Shown here: piece by piece, positions 29,366-38,859 of the stretch | Position numbering within the stretch: position 1 is the first letter of the stretch | How the letters are laid out: each line of letters starts with the position of its first letter | DNA from: Armatimonadota bacterium | Lineage (GTDB): Bacteria > Armatimonadota > SYMT01 | Reading direction: 5' to 3' | Assembly (NCBI GenBank): GCA_041690135.1 | Contig: JAWLHY010000013.1 | Coordinates: forward strand, 84,921 to 148,920 | Length of the DNA stretch: 64,000 bases | The notes under the pieces: model-generated | What the model saw: the letters and a program-made list of their open reading frames with translations, nothing else | Told to the model about the DNA's origin: nothing | Database searches by the model: none | Program-made: the position numbers and the translations under genes

Positions 29366-29550
29366 CCCACCGCTCCTTTCGACGCCCATGGCAGGGCTGA
29401 CGTAAGGGTGTTACCGCGCGGGCGGTTCCGTTAACCGTAGGTAGCTGTTTAGCGGATTTGCGGATGGAGGCGATAGGAGGGAACAGATGATGTGAGATTG
29501 GGCTCGCGGGCGGTTGCCAGGAGTTCGTGTTTTTGGGTATCGTACCGGCA

Positions 29551-30729
29551 ATGGCAAAGAATATGATCCGGACAGAACAGCAGCCGGACCGAGCGGTTCT
29601 GGTTGCGGTGGAGCGGAAGGGCGAGCAGTTCGACGCGGACCTGGAGGAACTTCAGGAACTCGTGCGCACTGCCGGCGGGAAAGCCGTCGACATCGTCACC
29701 CAGAAGCGGCAGTCACCAAGCCCCGGCACCTACTTCGGTACGGGCAAGGTTGGGGAGATCAAGGAGGTGGCGATCGCGCACCAGGCAGACGTTGTCATCG
29801 TGGATGATGAACTGACGCCGGTCCAGCAGCGGAACCTGGGCGAGATGCTGGAGCTGCGGGTGATCGACCGCACCCAGTTGATCCTCGACATCTTCGCGCA
29901 GCGGGCCCAAACGCGAGAAGGCAAGCTCCAGGTGGAGCTGGCCCAGCTCAACTACCTGTTGCCGCGCATTTCAGGCCTGTATACCAAATTTGAGCGGCAG
30001 CAGGGTGGTATCGGCACGCGGGGTCCGGGTGAAACCAAGCTGGAAGCGGACCGGCGCCGGATCCGGCAGCGAATCTCCGACTTGAACCGTCAGATTGGGG
30101 AGGTGCAGAAGCACCGCCGCGTGCAGCGCGCAGCGCGGGAGCAACATGGGTTTCCCAAGGCAGCCCTGGTGGGCTATACCAGCGCCGGGAAATCGACGCT
30201 GCTCAACGCCCTGACGAGCTCGGAAGTGTACGCCGACCCGAAGCTGTTTGCCACCCTGGACCCAACGACCCGCCGGGCGACATTGCCGAGCGGGAAACCG
30301 ATCCTGGTAACCGACACGGTGGGATTCATCCGGCGCCTCCCCCACTACCTGGTGGCCGCGTTCCGGGCCACGCTGGAAGAGACGGTGGAAGCCGATGTGT
30401 TGCTCCACGTGGTGGACGCCAGCAGCCCGGAGATGGCGGACCAGATGGAAGCCGTTGTTGAGGTGCTCACCGATCTGCACATTCAAGACAAGCCGATCGT
30501 CACGGTGCTCAACAAGATCGACTTGGTGAGCGACACCTATTCGTTGCGCGAGATGGTGGCGAAGTACCCGGACACGGTTTACCTCTCCGCGCTGACCGGC
30601 GACGGCCTGAAGCAGTTGATGATCACGGTGGAACGGGTGCTGGCGCACGCGGAACGCCGGAGGCGCCAGGAACAGATCGAAGCCCAGGAAATGGAAGCGG
30701 AACGCAGGCGTGCGCTTAGAACTCTTTGA
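29551..30729 (+). CDS. hflX: GTPase HflX
   Basis: LILDIFAQRA, GPGETKLE, GYTSAGKST, LFATLDPT, DTVGFI, NKID. Confidence 0.97.
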   Translation: MAKNMIRTEQQPDRAVLVAVERKGEQFDADLEELQELVRTAGGKAVDIVTQKRQSPSPGTYFGTGKVGEIKEVAIAHQADVVIVDDELTPVQQRNLGEMLELRVIDRTQLILDIFAQRAQTREGKLQVELAQLNYLLPRISGLYTKFERQQGGIGTRGPGETKLEADRRRIRQRISDLNRQIGEVQKHRRVQRAAREQHGFPKAALVGYTSAGKSTLLNALTSSEVYADPKLFATLDPTTRRATLPSGKPILVTDTVGFIRRLPHYLVAAFRATLEETVEADVLLHVVDASSPEMADQMEAVVEVLTDLHIQDKPIVTVLNKIDLVSDTYSLREMVAKYPDTVYLSALTGDGLKQLMITVERVLAHAERRRRQEQIEAQEMEAERRRALRTL

Positions 30730-31867
30730 TTACCCGCTGCCCGAAGAGCGCATCGCCCAATTTCCCATCGAACCGCGCGACGCGTCCCGTCTGCTGGTCC
30801 TGAAGGCGGACGGGACGCGGGAACACCGCCGGTTTCTCGACCTGCCGGAGTATCTTCACCCCGGCGACCTGCTCGTATTCAACGACACCCGGGTCCTTCC
30901 CGCGCGCCTTCATGGCCGTAAGGAGACGGGAGCGCGGGTGGAGGCGCTGTTGCTTCAGCGCCTGGCTCCCGGAAAGTGGGAGGCGCTCGCCTATCCGGGC
31001 CGTCGACTCGGTCCCCGCGCCCGCCTGACCTTCGGCGAGGGCGAGTTGCGTGCGGAAGTCGTCAGTCGCGGCGAGGAGGGCACCCGGATCCTGCAGTTCG
31101 AAGCGGACGAGGGTCCCCACGCCGCGGACGAGCTCATCCACCGGATCGGTGAGATGCCGCTGCCGCCCTACATCCACGAGCGGCTGGAAGACCCGGAGCG
31201 GTACCAGACGATCTACGCCCGCGAGGAAGGCTCCGCGGCCGCGCCCACGGCCGGCCTCCACTTCACGCCGCGCGTGTTCGAGATGCTGCGGGAGAAGGGG
31301 GTGGGGATCGCCTACGTGACGCTGCACGTGGGAATCGGGACTTTCCGGCCCGTGAAGGTGGACAACGTCGAAGAGCACGAAATGCACGCGGAGTGGTACA
31401 GCGTGCCCCCGGAGACGGCGGAGGCGATCAACCGCTGTACCGGTCGTGTGATCGCCGTGGGGACCACCACGGTGCGCTGTCTGGAATCGGCAGTCCGAAG
31501 TTCCGGCAAAGCGGAGCTTGGGCAACCCGTTCCGCCGCGGGTTGAAACCGCGCGGCTAACGGACCCCGAGGCAGGAGGCAGAAGGCAGAAGGCAGAAGGC
31601 AGTCCTCTCGGAACCGAGAACTCGGAACTCGGAACTCGGGTGGAGCCGGGGTCGGGGGTGACGCGGCTTTACCTCCGTCCGGGGGATGAGCTGCGGCTGG
31701 TGGAGGGGATCGTGACGAACTTCCACATGCCGAAGAGCAGCCTGTTAATCCTGATCAGTGCGTTTGCCGGGCTGGAGCCGGTCCGGGCCGCTTACGAGGA
31801 GGCGCTGGCGCAAGGTTATCGCTTCCTGAGCTTCGGCGACGCGATGTTCATCGAGAAGCCGGAGTAG
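30710..31867 (+). CDS. queA: S-adenosylmethionine:tRNA ribosyltransferase-isomerase
   Basis: FNDTRV.PARL, PLPPYI, AAPTAGLHF, TNFHMP, YRFLSFGDAM. Confidence 0.96.
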   Translation: MRLELFDYPLPEERIAQFPIEPRDASRLLVLKADGTREHRRFLDLPEYLHPGDLLVFNDTRVLPARLHGRKETGARVEALLLQRLAPGKWEALAYPGRRLGPRARLTFGEGELRAEVVSRGEEGTRILQFEADEGPHAADELIHRIGEMPLPPYIHERLEDPERYQTIYAREEGSAAAPTAGLHFTPRVFEMLREKGVGIAYVTLHVGIGTFRPVKVDNVEEHEMHAEWYSVPPETAEAINRCTGRVIAVGTTTVRCLESAVRSSGKAELGQPVPPRVETARLTDPEAGGRRQKAEGSPLGTENSELGTRVEPGSGVTRLYLRPGDELRLVEGIVTNFHMPKSSLLILISAFAGLEPVRAAYEEALAQGYRFLSFGDAMFIEKPE

Positions 31868-31964
31868 GCAAGGCGCATCTTCCGTTATGGTGGCTGCGGT
31901 ACTGCGAGCCGGGGCTCGGTTGGATATTCAGGACGGGATCCGGGGGCACTGAGCGCAAGGGAAC

Positions 31965-31984
31965 GCGGGCTGAAGCCACGCTAC
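31965..31984 (-). repeat. GTAG-type REP-like element
   Basis: Reverse complement GTAGCGTGGCTTCAGCCCGC: GTAG foot plus short imperfect hairpin. Confidence 0.55.
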
Positions 31985-31998
31985 TACCAGCCGGGGCG

Positions 31999-32484
31999 GG
32001 ACGATAGTCCGGTTCCCTTTGCGATCACCAAATCGAAATCCCGGGCTGGCGTCTGGACTCCCCTCTCGAACCAAGCCGGGTTCGGCGGTGTGAAACAAGC
32101 TTGCATTCCGTAGTGGTTGTTCTAGAACCCACTTTCAATCAGTGCGAGGTGGGAGTCCGGACGGTTGTCCGGTTCTCTTTGCGACCACCGCACCCGAACC
32201 CCGGACTATCGTCTGGACTCCCCTATCGGGCCTCGGCAGGTTTGGGAGCGCGGAGGAAGCACACGTTCCGTGGTGGTTGTTCTGAAAACCAACTCACTCT
32301 CAGTGCGGGATGGGAGTCCCGACGATAGTCGGGTTCCCCTTGCGACCACCGAGTCCGCACCCCGGACTGGCGTCCGGACTCCCCTCTCGAACCAAGGCGG
32401 GTTCGGGGGCGTGAGAGAAGCTTACGTTCCGTAGTGGTTGTTTTGGAACTCACCTTCTATCAGGGAGGGAAAGGAGTCCGGACG
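31999..32484. repeat. three tandem ~160-bp palindromic units (BIME/MITE-like)
   Basis: Units start near 31999, 32159, 32320, partial at 32480; arms GGGAGTCCGGACG.. / ..CGTCTGGACTCCC. Confidence 0.85.
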
Positions 32485-32499
32485 TGCAGGGAAACCTTC

Positions 32500-35400
32500 T
32501 TACTTTTTCCGCAGAGGTTTGGGCGGAGGCTTGGGCGCTCCGGATTTTCCGGGGGATTTCGCTGCCGGGTTGGTTTTGGGCCATGGGGTGGGCTTCACGG
32601 TTACAGGTACCGGGAGAGGTGCCGGAGCCGTGCCGGTGGGTTGAGGCTGGAGTAGATAGGGAATCCGAACTGTGGCCTCGTTTCCGGCAGCGTCACGGGC
32701 ACGGACCTCCAGCGTATGCCGGCCGACGGTGAGCCTGGCGACGTCGATGCGGAGGGTCTCCTGGGCGGAGTCGAAAATGCCGTCGGAGGAAGCGGCGGCG
32801 ATCCAATCGCCTTCGTCCACCCGGTACTCGGCGGATGCGATGTAGGCGCCTTGATCTTCGACGGGAACTTCCGCCGGCGGAGCGAGACCTTTTCGGAATG
32901 CCCGCTGCGGGTAGATCCGCGGGCCGGAGTTGTCGATCTGAACTACTTCGGAGATCACTTCCGCCGTGGCCGCCTCGTCCGGGCTGGTGTAAGCGTCGCT
33001 GGCAACGACCTTGAGGCGGTAGCGACCGTCGGGTACTTTCTTCGTGTTCCAGTTCAGGGAGGAGGGGCCGCCGGGCAGATCCTCTGCTTCGGCCGCTTCA
33101 TTCAACAGTTCGGAAATGTCGATCTCGGACTCCACGTCCGCTCCCGCGGAAGCGACGCCGACCTGGGGCCCCTGGAGAACGACTTTGCCTCTTATACCCT
33201 GCTTGGGTGCTGGGATTGAAGGTTGGAAGGTTGAAGGTTGAAGGTTGGGGACCTTAGGGGCAGATGCAGGTACGGTCTGGCGCGAGGTAAGAGCTGGGTT
33301 GGAAGGTTTGAAGGTTGAAGGTTGAAGGTTGGGAACCCGTCGGGCCAGGGGTTGAAGGTTGTGAGTCCGACGTGCAGTGGGGGTGGGTTGTGGGGTTCGG
33401 GCATTTCGGGTTGCGAAGGTCGGACGTCGAGTCACGTTCGCTTTCGCTGCGGTGCGGGGTGAGCGAGCGGGGGATGTAGCCGTCGAGGCTTCCAGGTCGA
33501 GCTCGTCCGGCTCGTCGGAGGATTTAGGGGTGCGAGTGCCGATCTTCACCCACTCATTCGATCCTTCGCCCGCATAGAAGAGATCGTAGGTGAGGTGATC
33601 CCCATCCGGGTCCTTGCCGCGCCAGCGGATGGCACGCGTGCCGGAGAGCACTGCTCCCGCCGCGGGAGCGGTGAGGGTCACTTCGGGGGCGCGGTTGCGG
33701 GGGCGGTAGAAAAGTTCCATGCTCCGCAGCTTCGGTCCGGCGCCGGCTGCCTGCCCTCCGTCCTGCGACCGGAGGACAACGCGATACTGGAGATACTGGC
33801 CTGCGGGAGAGGACACGGTTTCGCCCGTGCTCTTCCGGTAGGCGGCAGACCAATCACTCCAGGTGGCATCGGGATAACCGGTGTTGCCGGTGCGCGTCTG
33901 GATCTCCAGGCCGTCCGTCGAACCGTTCCAGCGCAGGGTGCCCCACCGGGCCAGGTTGCCGGCATCGAGCACCCGGGAAACGTAACTGCCCGTGCCGGAA
34001 GGTCGCGCGCCCAGTCGGACAATCTGCGTCGGTCCTGCCGTGGTGGCGCAGAGGCTTCCCGAGGCATCGCGGGTGAGTGAGAGCACGTAGGCGGCCTGTG
34101 GTTCCCAGAGCGTGCTCACCGTACGGTCGGGAGCGATGCGGTACACGCGCGCCGGAGTGCCGACCCCGGCGTAGACGCTGCCGTCCGGATCCACGATCAG
34201 GCCGAAGACGTGCTTCTCCTTGGACTGGAAAAGGGTGGAGACGTTGCCGGAAGGATCGATGCGGACCACCGAAGCGCGGGGAGAAGTGCCGACGTAAAGG
34301 TTCCCCCTGGCATCGCCGGCCAGGGCCGTGACCGTGGAGTTAGGGAGTTCGTAGACGGGTTCGACCCGCTCGTTGCGGAGCCGGAAGAGCTTGCCCCGGG
34401 GATAAGTGCCGATGTACAGGGTGCCGTCCGGACTTCCGGTGAGAGCGAAGACGTGCCGGTCGGGGGCGGTGAAGACTGCCGTCGCCTTCCCGTCCATGGT
34501 GATCCGGTACAGATGTCCCTGACTCCCGGTGCCGGCATAAAGGACATCCCCCTGCTTGCGGAGCACCCAAACGCGCTCTCCGGGCAGCCGGCAAAGCGCG
34601 GACGCTCTGCCCGAAGGATCGATGCGGTAGATCGTACCGCTGGGCTCCGCGGAAGCAAAGAGGGTGCCGGCGTCGTCCACCGTCAGCGCGGAGATGGCGA
34701 TCTCCCCCTGCCCCTCAAAGTACCGGCTGGTGGTTCCCGAGGAGTCGATCTTGAGAATACTGCCTTCCAGCCAGCCTCCCACATAAACGTTGCCGGAGCG
34801 GTCTCCCGCCTGCGCCCAGAAGAAGCGGTCCGGTGAGGAGAGGAGCGGGCTGGCTTTCGGGGCCAGTGCTAGCTCGCCCCGGCTGGAGATCAGCACTCCT
34901 TCCAGCTTTCCGCCCTGGAGGTCCTGGGCCGTGCTCATCCGCCACACGCCGGGGGCGCGGGCGAGACCCTTGCGGATGGTGGTAGCCGTCCCGCCTTCGC
35001 TTCCGGTCGCACCTCCGGGAGTCTCTCCCTCCAGCAGGCGCTGCAGTTCTTCGAAGGAGGGCATGGCGGGTTCGTTGGGGAGGTCCGGCGCAGCGGAAGG
35101 GCGCTTCTGTGGGCCCTGGGCAAAGGGCAAGGCGCCAACCGGTCCCCCTACCCCCGTTTCGTCTCCGCCGATCTCACCCTGCAGTTCGCCGCCGAACCCC
35201 TGCCGAAAAAGGTCGAGTAGCGAGCCCAGGCCGAAACTGCCCGCGGCCCCGGGAGCGAGTGCGGGGCCGGTCTTGTCTTTCTCGTCGGCATCGACCTGCA
35301 GGGTGAGGATCTGCGCCCCAGCGAGGACCCAAGGCGTGGTGTTCTTGCGGAGGTCGTGGCTGCGGATCATGCGAATGCCGGAGGGATTGGCGCCGGTGAG

Positions 35401-37167
35401 CACCTCCACCACCACGTTCGGCAGATTCGGAAACTCTCGTCCCGCCACGGAAACGCCGACCACCGGCTGGGCCACTTCCAGGCACAGCTCGTTGTTCTGC
35501 TCGCGGTCGGTGATCTGATCCAGCATCTGCGCGAGTGTCTTGGCGGGGGGGCGGTTGATCTGCATGAACTGCCGCACCCGCTCGGCACCGCCGCCGCCGG
35601 AAACGCCGATCTGGAGACGGCCACCGGGTATGTTGCGGGGAATCTCCACCTCCAGCTCGCGGACTTCGCGGGTGCCGTCGGTGGGTTGGATCACGACGCC
35701 GATCTTGACCTTTTCTCCCGGCTTGACCCGTTTGCGGTCGGCGTAGGCCCGCTCGATGGTGGCCGTCTGCCGCTTCTCCGAGACTTCCACGGCCACGCGC
35801 AGCCGCTCGATAGGAACCGAGCCGAAGGTGTTGTTCTCCAGCACATCCAGCACCTGGAGCAGCTCCACCATCGGGAGCCCCGCAAACGGATCGCCGAAGA
35901 GCTGCTCCAGGGCCGAGCGACGCTCTCCCACGGAGAAGACGTTCTCCCGGCGGATCACCGGCATGCCCTTCGGCCAGACCTCCATGACGCCGCGGGTAGT
36001 GCCGGACATGGGCGGGGAGACACTCCCGACGGCGTTGAGCAAGGAGCTGTAGAGGAGGTTGGGCGTCATGTCTCGGTGGACGGCGGAGACGACACGGTAG
36101 TCCCGCTTCACGCCGCGGTCCCGGTCGGCAACACTGAACTCTGCCTGGACCGTGCGGGCCGTCTCCCCCACCCGGCCGCCGATGCTCCAGTTACGGTCTT
36201 GCGTGATGTGCCCCACGGTCTCGACGGGCGCTCCCATCTTGAACGAGACCTCCTGGGTAGAGATGACCCCGTGGATGAAGGCGGTGGTCATCGGCATGTC
36301 GATGGTGCCCAGGCCGAACATGGGATGCCCGAATGCGAGGACGTGGTTACCCTTGACGTAGGTGACCGTGCCGATGGCAGTGGCGTCCACGTCGCCACCC
36401 AGGAGTTGCACACCCACCGCCGCGCCGGGTTCCAGTTTGGGTCGTTCGCCGGGCGGGAGTTGCACGGCGCCGGGGCCCGGCTGAACCAGCACCGGATAGC
36501 GGTTCCAGCGGCGGCGCAGCTCGTCGAGGGCGGTCCGGCCCATTCCGGATACCATCAGGGGGGCGGATACAGGGGTCAGGTAGAGGGTCCCCGACCCGGA
36601 CCCGGCCGCGAGCCCTCGTTCGGGCACGACCTCGGCGCGAGCGAAGAGTTTTCCATCCAGCTTCAGCGGTCCCCCATCCGGCCGGAGTACGCCGCTCTGG
36701 GCGACCGCGGGCGGCGCGGAGCCGGGCCGGTAGTTCTCCAGCATCTGCGCGATGGGAGTAACGCCGGCTACAGGGTCCTTCGCGAACGGCCAGGCGAAGG
36801 CGAGAGCGCCGATGAGCTTTCCGTCCACGTAAATGGGGCTGCCGCTCATTCCGGAGGAGACCCCGGCGCGTGACGTGACCGGGATACCGTCGTCAATCCG
36901 GATGAGGATCATGTCCCCTCCGAAGTCGATCTTTCGCAGCACTCCCAGCACGGTCACGTTGAAGCGCTCGATCTTTGTGCCCTCGAAGACGCTGAGCCCG
37001 TGCCCCTTCATCCCGGGCCGGACCTGGTCGACCGACAGCATCTCTTCGGGGGAGATCAGCGGTCCGGCCTCCGTCGCCACCGGCTGGTCGGCCCATGCCC
37101 CCGGCAGCAGTGGCAGCAGCGCCAGCCCGAGAACCAGCCACAGGACCCATCCATTCTTCTTACTCAT
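32500..37167 (-). CDS. secreted SpoIVB (S55) peptidase fused to beta-propeller and Ig/FN3-like domains
   Basis: Signal peptide; GMSGSP.Y.DGKLIGA, AFGHP; repeated G.LY.GT...G.lyri blades; start moved to ATG 37167. Confidence 0.85.
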   Translation of the reverse strand: MSKKNGWVLWLVLGLALLPLLPGAWADQPVATEAGPLISPEEMLSVDQVRPGMKGHGLSVFEGTKIERFNVTVLGVLRKIDFGGDMILIRIDDGIPVTSRAGVSSGMSGSPIYVDGKLIGALAFAWPFAKDPVAGVTPIAQMLENYRPGSAPPAVAQSGVLRPDGGPLKLDGKLFARAEVVPERGLAAGSGSGTLYLTPVSAPLMVSGMGRTALDELRRRWNRYPVLVQPGPGAVQLPPGERPKLEPGAAVGVQLLGGDVDATAIGTVTYVKGNHVLAFGHPMFGLGTIDMPMTTAFIHGVISTQEVSFKMGAPVETVGHITQDRNWSIGGRVGETARTVQAEFSVADRDRGVKRDYRVVSAVHRDMTPNLLYSSLLNAVGSVSPPMSGTTRGVMEVWPKGMPVIRRENVFSVGERRSALEQLFGDPFAGLPMVELLQVLDVLENNTFGSVPIERLRVAVEVSEKRQTATIERAYADRKRVKPGEKVKIGVVIQPTDGTREVRELEVEIPRNIPGGRLQIGVSGGGGAERVRQFMQINRPPAKTLAQMLDQITDREQNNELCLEVAQPVVGVSVAGREFPNLPNVVVEVLTGANPSGIRMIRSHDLRKNTTPWVLAGAQILTLQVDADEKDKTGPALAPGAAGSFGLGSLLDLFRQGFGGELQGEIGGDETGVGGPVGALPFAQGPQKRPSAAPDLPNEPAMPSFEELQRLLEGETPGGATGSEGGTATTIRKGLARAPGVWRMSTAQDLQGGKLEGVLISSRGELALAPKASPLLSSPDRFFWAQAGDRSGNVYVGGWLEGSILKIDSSGTTSRYFEGQGEIAISALTVDDAGTLFASAEPSGTIYRIDPSGRASALCRLPGERVWVLRKQGDVLYAGTGSQGHLYRITMDGKATAVFTAPDRHVFALTGSPDGTLYIGTYPRGKLFRLRNERVEPVYELPNSTVTALAGDARGNLYVGTSPRASVVRIDPSGNVSTLFQSKEKHVFGLIVDPDGSVYAGVGTPARVYRIAPDRTVSTLWEPQAAYVLSLTRDASGSLCATTAGPTQIVRLGARPSGTGSYVSRVLDAGNLARWGTLRWNGSTDGLEIQTRTGNTGYPDATWSDWSAAYRKSTGETVSSPAGQYLQYRVVLRSQDGGQAAGAGPKLRSMELFYRPRNRAPEVTLTAPAAGAVLSGTRAIRWRGKDPDGDHLTYDLFYAGEGSNEWVKIGTRTPKSSDEPDELDLEASTATSPARSPRTAAKANVTRRPTFATRNARTPQPTPTARRTHNLQPLARRVPNLQPSTFKPSNPALTSRQTVPASAPKVPNLQPSTFQPSIPAPKQGIRGKVVLQGPQVGVASAGADVESEIDISELLNEAAEAEDLPGGPSSLNWNTKKVPDGRYRLKVVASDAYTSPDEAATAEVISEVVQIDNSGPRIYPQRAFRKGLAPPAEVPVEDQGAYIASAEYRVDEGDWIAAASSDGIFDSAQETLRIDVARLTVGRHTLEVRARDAAGNEATVRIPYLLQPQPTGTAPAPLPVPVTVKPTPWPKTNPAAKSPGKSGAPKPPPKPLRKK

Positions 37168-37171
37168 GGTT

Positions 37172-38035
37172 CTACTTTCGGCTGCCGGCCGCCGGCGTGA
37201 GGTACTGCACGACATTGATCTTGGTGGCGCTAACGATTTCACCCCCTTCGGGGTTGAGCGCGCTGAGGTCGGTACGAGAGGTGGAGATCATGGAGCCGGT
37301 GGAGTAGACGTCCACTCCCGCCGCCGGATCGAAATAGGTGGTGAGCGTGGCCGTGAAGCGCCCGGAACTGGGAAGGCCCAATTCGCCGCGAACTCCGCCG
37401 GTCGTTTCATCGTTTCCCGAACCATGGGTGACAGTCGTCACGAACTTGGCGCACTTCCGACCGCGGAAGGTTTCATGACCAACGTAACGCCCCGTCATGG
37501 TGACTTTCAGTGGGCTCTCGCGCGGGCCCACGGTGAGCGTGTCCTGCCAGGTATCTCCTGGCTTGAGATCTCGGTCCGGGAAGTTGAGGCCGAAGAGCGC
37601 CTCCGCCGCCGCCATATCGTCACCTGGCCCACCTGCCAGCTCCAGTTCGGCCTCCATGGCGCCACCGGACGGGATCTCCTTCCGGCTTAAGAACTTGCCG
37701 CGTTCGGTGAGGCGCACGACCGCTCGCGTCGGCGGCCGGTCAAGCGCCTGACTTTCACCCATCGCCATCATCTTGCCGGAGATCGGTGTGTCCGTGACCT
37801 GCAGCGTCACCACCCCACCCTTCACGGAAAGGACCCTGGCGGTCTGCTTGATCGAGACCCGGAATTGCATCTTGAGCGGGTCGCCGGTGGTGGGGCCTAC
37901 CAGCGAGGCCCCGGCCATCCCCGCGCGAGATTGGACCACCTGGCCGGCCCGGTACTTATAGCGGAATTTCTCCGCCCGGGCTGCGGTGGGCAGCGCCAGG
38001 AGCAGGCAGAGCGTGAGAGGTGGTAGAGGGCGCAT
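37172..38035 (-). CDS. secreted beta-rich hypothetical protein
   Basis: Signal peptide MRPLPPLTLCLLLALPTAARA; FPDRDLKPGDTW motif; adjacent to the SpoIVB gene. Confidence 0.7.
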   Translation of the reverse strand: MRPLPPLTLCLLLALPTAARAEKFRYKYRAGQVVQSRAGMAGASLVGPTTGDPLKMQFRVSIKQTARVLSVKGGVVTLQVTDTPISGKMMAMGESQALDRPPTRAVVRLTERGKFLSRKEIPSGGAMEAELELAGGPGDDMAAAEALFGLNFPDRDLKPGDTWQDTLTVGPRESPLKVTMTGRYVGHETFRGRKCAKFVTTVTHGSGNDETTGGVRGELGLPSSGRFTATLTTYFDPAAGVDVYSTGSMISTSRTDLSALNPEGGEIVSATKINVVQYLTPAAGSRK

Positions 38036-38859
38036 AGGTGTGGACTGAAGTCTTGAGTTGAAGGTTGAAAGTTGAAGGTCGGGGACCCCCACGGGTCTGT
38101 TAGGGGTACGGTTTGGCGTGAGATGGGAGCTGAGTTGGAAGGTTTGCAGGTTACAGGTTGAAAGTTGCAAACCCCTCGCGGGGGTCAGTGGTTGACGCTC
38201 CTGTCGGGGCCAGGTTTGAAAGGTAGAGATGCGAGAGGCCGCGTCGCGTGGAAAGGGTGCGCTCTTCCAGTGTAGCAGCGCGGGGCTCTCTATTGAAGGT
38301 TCCCGCTGGGAGTGCGGAACCTCCTCCGGCGATGACGATAATGACTATGATTACGATTAGGGTCGCGAATGGCCTTTGTAATAACGGGAATTTATGCCCG
38401 CACGGTTCGGTCCGGATCTGGATTGGGGTTGACTGGGGCGGGAATTGCCGCTAACCTTCGGATTCTTTGCGCCGGCAGCCATGGCCGCTATATGGAGGCG
38501 GTACGGTGTTCCCGCCCTTCCGTGTCACCTTCTGGTGGAGAGTGTTGTCCGGAGAGCAGGCAACGATCGGCGGCGGACTTCCGACTACCGATGGGGCAGG
38601 CCGCTATCAGATGAATGCTGGGGAGGCCTGTGAACCTGCCGACGATCAGGAACAGGTATGTTGCCTGGCCCCGTAGACCTCGATGGCAGTGTTCTAGAGC
38701 GGTCCAGGCAGCACTGATACGAATACAACAATATCCCATCCGGGAGATATAGGGAACCTCGAACTCCCGGATCGGGTCTTTACCCTGGCAGCGCGATAAA
38801 CCCCCCAAGCCGCGTTCCCCGTAACTAGGCCCAGGAATATCTGCGTCTCCGGAAATTTA

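Noticed and set aside
31999-32484. CRISPR array
   Set aside because: The period is ~160 bp, inter-repeat sequences are homologous rather than unique, and no cas genes are present.
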